64,000 nucleotides of DNA from a virus: positions 1 to 64,000 of the IMG/VR virus record IMGVR_UViG_3300032053_004772; one strand, 5' to 3'. Each line of letters starts with the position of its first letter. Within the stretch, counting starts at the first letter, position 1. The notes under the pieces are model-generated. The model did no database searches. It saw only the letters and a list, made by a program, of their open reading frames with translations, and was not told where the DNA came from. This document shows positions 8,719 through 18,026 of the stretch, piece by piece. Made by a program: the position numbers and the translations under genes.

Positions 8719-8833
8719 AAAGGTCGGTGAGCGTGACCGATGTAACACGCGGGCGCAGGCAGCGATCGAGACTGTGCGCAAAGAGAGTGGGGGTAGGGGC
8801 TCTCTCAGGTCGGTTGGAAGGCCGGCCACCCTT

Positions 8834-8905
8834 GCGCTGTTGGTGAAGTGGGAACACGTCGGTCTGCAAAATCGGTACGAGGGAGTTCAATCCTCCCACA
8901 GCGCT
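8834..8905 (+). tRNA. tRNA-Cys (GCA), CCA not encoded
   Basis: acceptor GCGCTGT/ACAGCGC, D-arm GTG/CAC, anticodon loop CTGCAAA, T-arm GGGAG-TTCAATC-CTCCC, U73 discriminator typical of Cys. Confidence 0.85.
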
Positions 8906-8918
8906 TAGGAGGAGAACG

Positions 8919-9113
8919 ATGGACCACGATGCGAAGATCTCTGAGGTGTTTCAGCTGCAAAAGCTTAAGACGGATTGGCTCGGACTAGAACATGCTCTCC
9001 GAGAAGTTCTTCGTGGTTACAGACACAACGAGTTCTCTTCCGTGAACGCCATGAAGTACATCGACGGGTACATCGGAGCGTACACCCTTCGCGGACAGGA
9101 GCTACCGGAGTAG
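8919..9113 (+). CDS. hypothetical protein
   Basis: AGGAGG RBS. Confidence 0.6.
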   Translation: MDHDAKISEVFQLQKLKTDWLGLEHALREVLRGYRHNEFSSVNAMKYIDGYIGAYTLRGQELPE

Positions 9114-9155
9114 ACTTTCGTCTCTGTGACACGGTATTACTAGTAGGAGGAAGAG

Positions 9156-9542
9156 ATGTCAGAGAAACGCTTCCAGAGGATGATCCGTCGGAAGACGTGG
9201 ACATCTATCACGATAGTTCTGCTGGTACTCGGAGTTGTGGTACTCGGAGGATACGCTGTTCTGAGAGTCTTTGAGTTTGCGTTAGGTAGTTTTCCGGTGG
9301 TCTTCACCATCTACCTGATTCTCTCCGTAGTTAACGTGTTAACCGTCTGGGCATTCCGAGGTATCGGTCGTCAGGACGACTTCTACTCTATTGTGAGAGA
9401 GTACTCTGTATCACAGCTCGAACGGTTTCGCAGCGAAATCGACAACGCGATCGAGGAGTTGAAGGCAGAGGAGATGATTTCGCAGTCCTCTCTTAACGCG
9501 GGTCTTCGCGTAGCAAGACAGGAAGCAGGAGAAGCAAAATGA
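9156..9542 (+). CDS. membrane protein (2 predicted TM helices)
   Basis: two hydrophobic stretches; AGGAGG RBS; coupled to the peptidase gene. Confidence 0.65.
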   Translation: MSEKRFQRMIRRKTWTSITIVLLVLGVVVLGGYAVLRVFEFALGSFPVVFTIYLILSVVNVLTVWAFRGIGRQDDFYSIVREYSVSQLERFRSEIDNAIEELKAEEMISQSSLNAGLRVARQEAGEAK

Positions 9543-10120
9543 TCCCACTGAGAGACGTTCCTCACGGTCTTCGAGCTATTAAGGCTCGATACGGTGATCC
9601 AGACGTAGACAGTGACCTCATCGGTGATGACACGTTCTGGAACGAGAAACTAGTCGTTCGCTCTCTTCCGTTTAAGATGAAGAACTCGTGGAACGATGTG
9701 ATGGTGTCGAAGGTTCGTGTTCACGTAGACGTGTGGCCGTCACTGGAGGATGCACTTTACGAGATCTTGATGCAGGCAGGAGAGAGGTATCTCGCAGAGC
9801 GCAACTTTCGGGTAGATGAAGGAGTAGCTCTAGAAGACGCTCTTCGAGTTGCTGGTGAAGCGTATCTGATCGCGAACGGCTATCACGTACTCGGTGGGAT
9901 CTACAACTTCCGACAGATGAGAGGGTATCCTGCTCTCTCCACTCACTCGTGGGGTATCGCAATCGACATCAATCCTCACCTTGCTCCGTTTAAGGAGAAG
10001 CCGAATCAACCGAAGTTTATCGTAGACATCTTCAAGACTCGAGGATGGAATTGGGGCGGTGACTGGTATCCCAAGTACAACTACGACGGGATGCACTTTC
10101 AGGCGTGCACAGGATATTGA
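9539..10120 (+). CDS. M15-family Zn peptidase, probable endolysin
   Basis: YNFR, STHSWGIAIDIN, GWNWGGDW, DGMHFQ motifs. Confidence 0.85.
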   Translation: MIPLRDVPHGLRAIKARYGDPDVDSDLIGDDTFWNEKLVVRSLPFKMKNSWNDVMVSKVRVHVDVWPSLEDALYEILMQAGERYLAERNFRVDEGVALEDALRVAGEAYLIANGYHVLGGIYNFRQMRGYPALSTHSWGIAIDINPHLAPFKEKPNQPKFIVDIFKTRGWNWGGDWYPKYNYDGMHFQACTGY

Positions 10121-10129
10121 GGAGGTAAG

Positions 10130-10360
10130 ATGAGCGGTCTTACGGAAGTCGGAAAACAGTGGGTTTTGAAGTCGATTCCTTCTCTTAAAGGAGAGGTTCA
10201 GATTTCTGTTGTCGGCATCGAGCAAAAGTTCGTGCGTATCTGCTTTGAGCTGTGTGGTGTAGACGGATGTTTGTTTCGATCTGAAGAAGTGAGGCTGCGC
10301 GTCGGAGAGTCCGCCCGTCTTGCGGGATCTGCTTTGACGTTGTCTCTTAAGGTTATCTAA
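10130..10360 (+). CDS. hypothetical protein
   Basis: GAGGAGG RBS; TAATG coupling. Confidence 0.55.
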   Translation: MSGLTEVGKQWVLKSIPSLKGEVQISVVGIEQKFVRICFELCGVDGCLFRSEEVRLRVGESARLAGSALTLSLKVI

Positions 10361-11208
10361 TGCCTGACATCGAATGGTACGTTAACGGACTAGACAAACT
10401 ACTCGGGAACTCCATTGGGGAGATGCAGGACTTCACTGCTCGATACCTTCGTGATATGGGTACCGTGATGCAGGCAGAAGATATCCTTTCTGCGATTGAT
10501 ACTCGGAAGTACTCTATCGACGAACTTACGGATATGATCGCGAAGAAGATCCGTGAACTCAATCTGACAGACCCGAACCGGCTCGGAAAGCTTCCGATCG
10601 TGTGCAAAGACGGAATTACGAGGTACTACGATCCGGATTGGTGGAGTCAAACTATTGCTCGTACTCGTGCGATGACCCTCAACGAAGAGGGTCTGCATAA
10701 CGAGATGCTGCGCTCTGGATACGATTTGGTGATCGTCTCTATTGGCGGTTCTGGAGACGAGTGCAGGAACTGGGAGGGTAAGATCCTCTCACTTACAGGG
10801 AAGACTCCTGGATTTCCTACCGTAGAGCAAGCAAGACGATCGGGTGAGATCTTTCACGTGAACTGCGTTCATTCGTCTTCACCCTTTATCGTAGCGGGTC
10901 CTCAAGAAGCTCAAGAGATTTGGGGTCGAGACGATCTACCTTCTGCTGCGATAGAACAACTAAAGACGATTACGAAGTTTCAAGACCTCGTTGCTCAGAT
11001 GGTTGAAGCTTCTTTAGTACGAGCAGCAGCGACACGAGTTATGACTTTAGTAAGTGGAGAGACCGTTCAGGTAGGAGATGCAGTACTAGCTCTTCGGAAT
11101 TCTCGTTGGGTAACCGCTCAGATCGTAGAACTTGAGAGTGCTGAACGCGCTTTGGTATCTAAGGAGGGTGTGAGTTGGCTCGTATCTCGATATCAGATTA
11201 GGAGGTAG
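10360..11208 (+). CDS. phage minor capsid / head morphogenesis protein
   Basis: IART, C..WEGKILSLTG.TPG.PT, FHVNCVH motifs typical of minor capsid proteins; extra C-terminal beta domain. Confidence 0.8.
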   Translation: MPDIEWYVNGLDKLLGNSIGEMQDFTARYLRDMGTVMQAEDILSAIDTRKYSIDELTDMIAKKIRELNLTDPNRLGKLPIVCKDGITRYYDPDWWSQTIARTRAMTLNEEGLHNEMLRSGYDLVIVSIGGSGDECRNWEGKILSLTGKTPGFPTVEQARRSGEIFHVNCVHSSSPFIVAGPQEAQEIWGRDDLPSAAIEQLKTITKFQDLVAQMVEASLVRAAATRVMTLVSGETVQVGDAVLALRNSRWVTAQIVELESAERALVSKEGVSWLVSRYQIRR

Positions 11209-11210
11209 AG

Positions 11211-11381
11211 ATGGCTAAACAACCGATTCAAAAGGCTCGCGCTGTTGAAGCAGGTCCAACTTCTGTACAGTTGGATCCGATCCTTCGACAACTCGGACTA
11301 GCCGACATCCGAATCAACAAGATGTCGGTCTCCGAGAAGATCTCGTACATCAAGAAGCTCGGTTTACCGGTTCCGAAGTGA
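11211..11381 (+). CDS. hypothetical protein (56 aa)
   Basis: read manually; AGGAGG RBS. Confidence 0.5.
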   Translation: MAKQPIQKARAVEAGPTSVQLDPILRQLGLADIRINKMSVSEKISYIKKLGLPVPK

Positions 11382-11426
11382 GTCGGTATTTCTTTTATTA
11401 AGTAGGTCTCAGAGAAAGGAGACAAG

Positions 11427-11837
11427 ATGACGACAGAGATTGCGATTAGGGTCGGAAATGGATCAGTCGAAAATCGGCAACTAACCGATGAGCAGGCTGA
11501 CAAGTTGCAGAACTACAAGACTTTCGCGAGTCACAGCTCTCTAGCGATTGCCGTGATCGAGATCGTCTCGTGGTTTTGTCGAGACTGGTCGAGGCGAACG
11601 CTGCTAACGCCGGAAATTCGGAGTTTAGCTAGAAGCACTAGTCAGACACCTCAACAAGTCGCCGAGCGTCTCGGATGTGCGGAGTCGTACGCTCGTACGT
11701 TGATGAGTTCCGGAGAGATTCCGAGCAAGAACGTTGGATCCGGATCGTTGAAGAAACACTGGGTAACAACTCTCGAAGCGGTCCTTGAGTATCAAGAGAA
11801 AGCGACGTCACCTTCAGAGCCATTTAAAGCCATTTAA
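11427..11837 (+). CDS. HTH DNA-binding protein (excisionase/HTH_17-like C-domain)
   Basis: TPQQVAERLGCAESYARTLMSSGEIPS...W. Confidence 0.65.
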   Translation: MTTEIAIRVGNGSVENRQLTDEQADKLQNYKTFASHSSLAIAVIEIVSWFCRDWSRRTLLTPEIRSLARSTSQTPQQVAERLGCAESYARTLMSSGEIPSKNVGSGSLKKHWVTTLEAVLEYQEKATSPSEPFKAI

Positions 11838-11901
11838 GAACACACCTAGTCGTGAGATGCATATCACGACGTGAACTTCACACCTCAGGAAGGAGGAACG
11901 A

Positions 11902-12297
11902 GTGAAGAGACTGCTACTGTTTCTGTTGGCGGTAGTTTTCCTACTCGTTGGCACTTTCGGATTTGGGCAGATCAATCGATTCGTGAGGGTGGACAGCCCG
12001 ACGGTCGAAGCGATCATCGCCCTCGGAGTGTCCGATGGGAAGACCGTCCTCGCTACTGTAGATCGCGAGTCCCCTATCTCGTTGATCCAGTGGGGAGTCA
12101 CCTTCGATGCCGTAACCTATTGTTTGCTGAACACTCGGAACGACCTCTATGATTCTTTCGAGATCGTCGTTCCAGACTTCAGTCTCGGTTCGGTCATCGA
12201 ACAATCGTTAGGACTCGATACACGGTGGCAGGATTATCCTCTCCTGCTGATTCAAGAAGGCCCCGGTCAGGGGGCCCTACAAGTGCTGACCATATAA
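11902..12297 (+). CDS. secreted/membrane-anchored hypothetical protein
   Basis: N-terminal signal-like KRLLLFLLAVVFLL; AGGAGG RBS; followed by terminator. Confidence 0.6.
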   Translation: MKRLLLFLLAVVFLLVGTFGFGQINRFVRVDSPTVEAIIALGVSDGKTVLATVDRESPISLIQWGVTFDAVTYCLLNTRNDLYDSFEIVVPDFSLGSVIEQSLGLDTRWQDYPLLLIQEGPGQGALQVLTI

Positions 12298-12320
12298 TGA
12301 GGATGACTTTGTGAGTGTAG

Positions 12321-12349
12321 GGAGCCTGTCTTTGGACGGGCTCCTTTTT
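12321..12349 (+). terminator. intrinsic terminator
   Basis: GGAGCCTGTC-TTTG-GACGGGCTCC followed by TTTTT. Confidence 0.75.
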
Positions 12350-12368
12350 CCATCAACAGAGGGTAGAG

Positions 12369-12662
12369 ATGAGCGTAATCGATCCTGTTTTGACGAATCC
12401 GAGTATCGTTGCGTATCAGAGAGAGATTCGCAAACTTCGAGAGTTGCTGGAAGCGAGAGATTCTGAGCATCACAGTTCCACTAAGTCGATCGATCTTTTA
12501 GATGAAGCTTGCGACGACGCAGAGATGCGAGCAACGACAGCAGAGAAGAAGCTCACTCGAATTCGAGATCAGGTGTTTCTTGCAATAGGTTACGCTCGAG
12601 TAGGAGCACACGATCAAGTGTGGCTCTGCCTTCAACGAATCCAGAACGCAGTAGTGAGGTAA
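12369..12662 (+). CDS. hypothetical coiled-coil protein
   Basis: GAGGG RBS. Confidence 0.55.
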   Translation: MSVIDPVLTNPSIVAYQREIRKLRELLEARDSEHHSSTKSIDLLDEACDDAEMRATTAEKKLTRIRDQVFLAIGYARVGAHDQVWLCLQRIQNAVVR

Positions 12663-12665
12663 CGT

Positions 12666-12833
12666 ATGCCGAAACAATACGGTCGAGATAAGAAAGGTGC
12701 TTGGGTGAAGTGGGGAGCTCACGGAAAGAAGTACCACTACAAGGCATCAAGTAAGTCTGCAAGAGCACGAGCTGTAAAGCAGGCAAACAAGCAAGCCTCT
12801 GCAATTTACGCTTCCGGATATAAAGGAAGATAA
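12666..12833 (+). CDS. small highly basic protein (55 aa, MPKQYGRDKKGAWVKWG...AIYASGYKGR)
   Basis: read manually; GAGG RBS; upstream of scaffold. Confidence 0.6.
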   Translation: MPKQYGRDKKGAWVKWGAHGKKYHYKASSKSARARAVKQANKQASAIYASGYKGR

Positions 12834-12916
12834 TCCTCTTTCTTCCGTTTACTTCCGTTCTCCAACCCTTTATTTCTAGAAAGATCTATTTTCTCGTTAC
12901 GGAGGAAAAGAGTAAC

Positions 12917-13630
12917 ATGAATATGGACGAGTTCCAGAAGGTTCATCTTCAGTGGTTTGCTGAAGAGGAAGCTGCAGAAGAAGGCGAAGAAGAGGGGGCT
13001 GAGAGTAAGCCGAAGTCGGGTACTCAGCAGGATGAGCTTGATACTCTCACAGTAGACGGACTCTCGGAAGAAGAACTGAAGGCTTTAGTTCGGAAACTGG
13101 GAGAGAGTAACAAGAAACTCTCACTGAAGTCTCGTGAGCTACTTCGTGAAGTGATGGAGAAGAAGACCAAACTTCGCGACGTGGAGAAAAGGGATGAGGA
13201 AGCTCGCGAGAAAGCTCTTAAGGAGAAAGAGGAGTTCAAAAAGCTCTTTGAGGATCTCAAACCCAAGTACGAGATTCTCGCTGGAGACGTCGCGAAGACT
13301 CTTTCTCACTTCGAGACCGAGCTTATAGAGCTCAAAGCGCAGTTACCTGAGCAGTATCACAAGTTGATACCGAAGGTAGACGTGCGTGATCAAGTCCTGT
13401 GGATTCGCGAGTTCGTGCAAGCGATTCCGGCTGCTGCACCTGTCGCTGCGGGAGCACCTGGATCTGCACCTGAGAAGAAGACCGTCGGTGCGGCAGGTAG
13501 CCCTCCGGGTAAACCTGTCACTGGTAAGGATGCGGGTGTGAAAGCGATCGAGGATCAAATTCGCAACTGCAAGAGTGCAGACGAACTTGCTAAACTTCTA
13601 CGTTCACATGGCGGTAGCCCAAACGTCTGA
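12917..13630 (+). CDS. capsid scaffolding protein
   Basis: acidic N-terminus, long coiled coil, directly upstream of major capsid; N-terminal LQWFA motif. Confidence 0.75.
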   Translation: MNMDEFQKVHLQWFAEEEAAEEGEEEGAESKPKSGTQQDELDTLTVDGLSEEELKALVRKLGESNKKLSLKSRELLREVMEKKTKLRDVEKRDEEAREKALKEKEEFKKLFEDLKPKYEILAGDVAKTLSHFETELIELKAQLPEQYHKLIPKVDVRDQVLWIREFVQAIPAAAPVAAGAPGSAPEKKTVGAAGSPPGKPVTGKDAGVKAIEDQIRNCKSADELAKLLRSHGGSPNV

Positions 13631-13707
13631 TGATAGAGTCTGCGGTATTGCAGCACGGTAATGTCCTGTGTCGGACACGGTAAACACCAAATACAGAGAG
13701 GAACAAG

Positions 13708-14658
13708 ATGGCTGAAACTTCTACCACCACGCTTACCGGTCTAGTAAAGACTGCGTATAGCAAAGCGGTTGAGTTCGCTTTCCAGCCCCAGTTGTTCTTT
13801 GCGCAGTTTGCGCAGAGTAAGAGCTGGTCGATTGCGGACCGCGACCCGATGCCGGGCGATACTGTCAGCTTCACCATCTTCGGCAATCTCGCTGTAGCCA
13901 CCGGTGCTCTGTCGGAGACGGGTGATCCGACTGCGGCCTCGATGTCCAAGACTCAGAAATCGATAACGATGTATGAGTACGGACAGCGGGTGACCACCAC
14001 GCAGAAACTTCGGACTCTGTCCTTCGCGAACATTGACATGGCTGCCGCGCGCGTTGTCGGAGACTCCATGGGGAAGTCTGTCGACCTTATCGCTCGTGCT
14101 GCTTTCGACGCCGGCACCGCTGCTGCGTACATCAAGTACGCCTCCGGTACTCAGGCATCTCACGTCCTGGACTCCGCAGGGAGCCGTCTGACCGCTGTTG
14201 ACGTTCGCTATGCCTTCAACCGGCTAGCAAGAAATAACGTCATCAAGCCGGACGGTCGATTCTATATCGCAGTTGTGCACCCGGATGTCGTGCATGATCT
14301 GCGAGCAGAGACCGGAGCTGGGTCTTGGCGGAATCCTAAGGAGTACGTCGAGCCTGCTCAGATCTACAACGGTGAAGTTGGAGAGTTCGAGGGTTTCCGG
14401 TTCATCGTTACCACGAACTCTAAGGTCGAGAACGGTGGAGCTTCCGGTGCCGTGGATCTGTACACCTGCTACTTCTTCGGGTATCAGGCGGTAGGGTTCG
14501 CGGAAGGTATCGCTCCAGCGATGGGAACCTCCGGACCGTTCGATGCCTTACAGCGGTTGGTGAACGTCTACTGGTACGGACTGATGGGATTTGGACCGCT
14601 CCGTGTTGAGTCGGTCTTCAAGTTCTATTGTTCCTCCAGCGTAGGCGATAACACCTAA
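13708..14658 (+). CDS. major capsid protein (N4-gp56-like family)
   Basis: GDTVSF, EYG, VHPDV..DLR, GEVG.FEGFRF motifs; followed by terminator. Confidence 0.88.
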   Translation: MAETSTTTLTGLVKTAYSKAVEFAFQPQLFFAQFAQSKSWSIADRDPMPGDTVSFTIFGNLAVATGALSETGDPTAASMSKTQKSITMYEYGQRVTTTQKLRTLSFANIDMAAARVVGDSMGKSVDLIARAAFDAGTAAAYIKYASGTQASHVLDSAGSRLTAVDVRYAFNRLARNNVIKPDGRFYIAVVHPDVVHDLRAETGAGSWRNPKEYVEPAQIYNGEVGEFEGFRFIVTTNSKVENGGASGAVDLYTCYFFGYQAVGFAEGIAPAMGTSGPFDALQRLVNVYWYGLMGFGPLRVESVFKFYCSSSVGDNT

Positions 14659-14679
14659 TTCGCTGCGTGACGAGACAAA

Positions 14680-14725
14680 AGAGAGGCGGCAGAATCTTCG
14701 GACTCTGACCGCCTCTTCTTTTATT
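14680..14725 (+). terminator. intrinsic terminator after major capsid
   Basis: AGAGGCGG...CTTCGG loop...CCGCCTCT followed by TCTTTTATT. Confidence 0.75.
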
Positions 14726-14940
14726 AGGTCCTAAGGTCCTAAGGACCGAAGGTAAAGTGGTCTCGATGACAAGCGGTATTTCTCTTGAAAGGAACCGAGT
14801 GGCATTATCGCCGTCAGAACGCGGACGCAAGAAGTGCCACCGAAAATACCATCTCTTGAAAAAGGATACTGAATTAGAAGGCTATGGTTTCTACGAAACT
14901 TAGCATAGGGTATACGTCTCTTTAGAAGGAGAAACTGACC

Positions 14941-17040
14941 GTGGATAGTCAGAAGAGAGCAACTGTATCTGTTTGTATTATTGCCAAGGATGAGGCAGCG
15001 ACAATCCAGCCGAGTCTGGAGAGTATTCGAGATCAAGTAGATGAAATCGTTGTCCTGGTGGACGACAGCACTACGGATGGTACTCTCTCGCTTGCGAAGA
15101 AGTATGCGGATGTAGTAAGCACGTTTCACTGGGAGAACGACTTCGCGAAGGCTAGAAATCTAGCGATCTCTCGCTGTACGAAGCAGTGGGTTCTCTCGAT
15201 GGATGCTCATGAGGTGTTGCATCCGAAATCGAAGCAGGTTCTTTCGGATCTGTTGAAAAGAGTTCTACCCGGTCTAGATCTCGCAGATACTCAGGTGTTC
15301 AGTGCTATGATCTACATGAACCCGGAAGGTACTGACATCGAGAGGTTGATTCCGACTACGTTCTTCTTGCAACCTCGACTGTTTCTGAACAACGGTAAGC
15401 ACAAGTACTACGGGCGAGTACATAACTGGTTGAACTCTGATCCGGACAGCGGATTGAAGCGCCCCGTGAACGAGCTCGTATTTGTTCACAAGAGGACGGA
15501 AGAAAACAGCGAAGTTCGGAAGAAGCAACGCGCTGTGATCAACATTCCGCAACTTCTTCTTGATGTCGAAGACATTAAGCGTGATAACGTTCCGAAGACG
15601 GATCCGAGGTATTCTCGTCCGTACTTCTATCTTGCGCAGACCTACTACGAGGTCGACGATCTAGATAACGCCTTAAAGCACTACAAGTTGTACTTGCAGA
15701 GATCGACATGGTTCGCGGAGCGAGCTCACGCCTATCTAATGCTTGGAGCGATCTATCAGCAGAGAAAGGATTATAAGAGCGCTCGTCAAGCGTTTCTGGA
15801 TGGTATGAAAGAGGACTGGGAGAGAGCGGAGTTTCCGTTGTCTCTCGGAAACATCTCGTGGGAACAGAAGGATTTGTATCAAGCGGAGCACTGGTGGAAA
15901 GCAGCTACCGAGATGAAGCCTCCGATGAACGGAATGTTCCTTGTCGGAGCTGCTTACACGTACGAACCGTACATGAAGCTCGCGATGCTGTACTCTACCG
16001 TGGGAGAGTGGTTCGAAGCAATTCAATCGGCTCAGAAAGCGATCTCTCTTGGTTGTACCAATCAAGACATGATCGGGAAGATCGACGTCTGGAAGACAAA
16101 AGCAGGGATGAAGCCGAACGCGAAGAACGTCATTCTGTACGATGAGAACAACGCGTTCACTTTTCTCGGAGGGATTCAATCTCATCTGAGTGAAAAAGGT
16201 TATAACGTAGCAACCTCGATAGTGTTCGATTCCGATGCCTCCAAGTGGGCCGATGTGATCTGGATTGAGTGGTGTGCCGCGAATCTGATGGAAGCTACCG
16301 CTCGAGAAAAGCCGGCGAATCAGAAATGGATCTGTCGATTGCATGGCTACGAGATCTTCAGCTCTACAAGAATGCTTCACACCGACTGGAGTAAGTTGGA
16401 TGTGTTGATGTTCGTTGCAGAGCACATTCGGCAAAGGTTTCTAGAGGTTTACTGGCTTCCAGACTCTGTGAAGACGGTCGTGATTCCGAACGGAATCGAT
16501 GTGAAGAGATGGAGTTTCGCAAAGCGAGAGTACTCCGACTCTAAGAATATCGGTATCGTGGGAATTCTTACAGATAAGAAGGGTCCTCAGATTCTTGCAA
16601 AGGTTATTCGACACTTCGCTGAGAAGCATCCAGAGTACAAGTTCTTGCTGCGATTCGATATACCACATCAACCGAGTGTAGAAGAGGGCGTGCTTCGATA
16701 CGATCTTCGCGACCTCCGAAATTGGGAATGGGTTCCTCGACAGGAATCTATGAACGTATGGATGGAGGATCTGAAGTACCTGATCTCTACTAGTACGTTG
16801 GAGAGCTTCAGTTACGTCGTCGGTGAGGCGATGACGAAGGGTATCAAACCCTTGATTCACGACTTCATGGGATCAAGAGATCTCTGGCCTCACGAGCTTA
16901 TCTGGAGAGATATAGAAGAGCTCGAGAAAGTGATTGCTGCTCCGTACGAATCTGACAAGTATCGACAGTGGGTAATCGATAAGTACTCTCTCGATAAGCA
17001 GATCGACAAGATCGTAGAACTGATCGAGGAGACGAAGTGA
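14941..17040 (+). CDS. GT2-TPR-GT4 multidomain glycosyltransferase
   Basis: SVCIIAKDE, DDSTTD, DFAKARN, MDAHE (GT-A), TPR helices, then IPNGID and STSTLESFSYVVGEAM (GT-B). Confidence 0.85.
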   Translation: MDSQKRATVSVCIIAKDEAATIQPSLESIRDQVDEIVVLVDDSTTDGTLSLAKKYADVVSTFHWENDFAKARNLAISRCTKQWVLSMDAHEVLHPKSKQVLSDLLKRVLPGLDLADTQVFSAMIYMNPEGTDIERLIPTTFFLQPRLFLNNGKHKYYGRVHNWLNSDPDSGLKRPVNELVFVHKRTEENSEVRKKQRAVINIPQLLLDVEDIKRDNVPKTDPRYSRPYFYLAQTYYEVDDLDNALKHYKLYLQRSTWFAERAHAYLMLGAIYQQRKDYKSARQAFLDGMKEDWERAEFPLSLGNISWEQKDLYQAEHWWKAATEMKPPMNGMFLVGAAYTYEPYMKLAMLYSTVGEWFEAIQSAQKAISLGCTNQDMIGKIDVWKTKAGMKPNAKNVILYDENNAFTFLGGIQSHLSEKGYNVATSIVFDSDASKWADVIWIEWCAANLMEATAREKPANQKWICRLHGYEIFSSTRMLHTDWSKLDVLMFVAEHIRQRFLEVYWLPDSVKTVVIPNGIDVKRWSFAKREYSDSKNIGIVGILTDKKGPQILAKVIRHFAEKHPEYKFLLRFDIPHQPSVEEGVLRYDLRDLRNWEWVPRQESMNVWMEDLKYLISTSTLESFSYVVGEAMTKGIKPLIHDFMGSRDLWPHELIWRDIEELEKVIAAPYESDKYRQWVIDKYSLDKQIDKIVELIEETK

Positions 17041-18026
17041 TGAAGTTCACCATCGGGTTCGATCAGAGCGATCGTGCGAAACTCTTCGGTTACTGGACGG
17101 ATATCCTTAACACTCATCAGTGGAGTGGAGGAAAGTACTGTGCTCTCTTTGAAGAGAAGTGGTCGAAGTATACAGAGGTTCCGTCCGTAGCATTAGCGAA
17201 TTGGAGTAGCGCTGCCAAGATTCTGGTAGACTACTTTGGATTGAAGGGAAAGACGGTACTTGTGCCGTCGAACACGTTTATGGCTACCGCTGCGTGTTTC
17301 CTTAAAGAAGGTTGTCAAGTCGAGTTCGTCGATTGCAACAAAGACGATCTGTGTATGTCACTTGACGATCTAGGTAGGAAGAACCGGCAGTTCAAAGCCG
17401 ACGCAGTTGTAGTTGTGCACATCGGCGGACACATCGCGTTCCAGATCGCAGAGATTGCACAGTGGTGCAAAGAGAGAGGTGTGTTGCTGATTGAGGATTG
17501 CGCTCACGCTCACGGTGGTTTGTACCATGGAAAACGAGCCGGTTCGTGGGGTGATTGCGGAATCTACTCCTTCTATGCAACCAAGACGATATCCACCGGA
17601 GAAGGTGCGATGTTAGTCTCCTTTCGGAACGATCTACTCGAGTACGCTCGTGTTTATCGAGATTACGGTAAACCGACGTACGAGTTCCTGGGACTGAACT
17701 GCAGGATTTCGGAGTTCAACTGCGCACTGGGTTGTGTCGCGACGGACTCTCTGCAGAACATAGTCGACTGGAAGAACGAGTACGCGATCAAGCACTTGAA
17801 CGCTCAGTTTCCCAACCGTCTGATACTCCCTTCAGGAATGGTGTCGGGTCTGTACAAGTACATCGTATTCCAACAGATTGAGAAGTCGACCGGAAAGGTG
17901 TACTCGGACCCCTGTCACTTCTACATCAAGAAACCGTACGAGCTACCCAACACCGACTGGGTTTCTAAGAATCACTGGTGTGTACCTCTCTATTTTCGAG
18001 GTGAAGAAATGAGAGGTGACGCATGA
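17040..18026 (+). CDS. DegT/DnrJ/EryC1/StrS sugar aminotransferase
   Basis: EDCAHAHG, SFYATK (PLP lysine), TGEG. Confidence 0.88.
   Translation: MKFTIGFDQSDRAKLFGYWTDILNTHQWSGGKYCALFEEKWSKYTEVPSVALANWSSAAKILVDYFGLKGKTVLVPSNTFMATAACFLKEGCQVEFVDCNKDDLCMSLDDLGRKNRQFKADAVVVVHIGGHIAFQIAEIAQWCKERGVLLIEDCAHAHGGLYHGKRAGSWGDCGIYSFYATKTISTGEGAMLVSFRNDLLEYARVYRDYGKPTYEFLGLNCRISEFNCALGCVATDSLQNIVDWKNEYAIKHLNAQFPNRLILPSGMVSGLYKYIVFQQIEKSTGKVYSDPCHFYIKKPYELPNTDWVSKNHWCVPLYFRGEEMRGDA

Noticed and set aside
11427-11837. Excisionase implying a temperate lifestyle
   Set aside because: HTH_17-like domains are common regulators; no integrase or repressor is visible in the window.
14725-14752. Short repeat taggtcctaaggtcctaaggaccgaagg
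   Set aside because: Only about three degenerate 9-mers and no other copy noticed; a possible operator, but unsupported.
14760-14940. Possible riboswitch upstream of the glycosylation cassette (GTGGCA/TGCCAC stem)
   Set aside because: No recognisable riboswitch consensus; equally explained by a 34-aa ORF 14799-14903 with an RBS.
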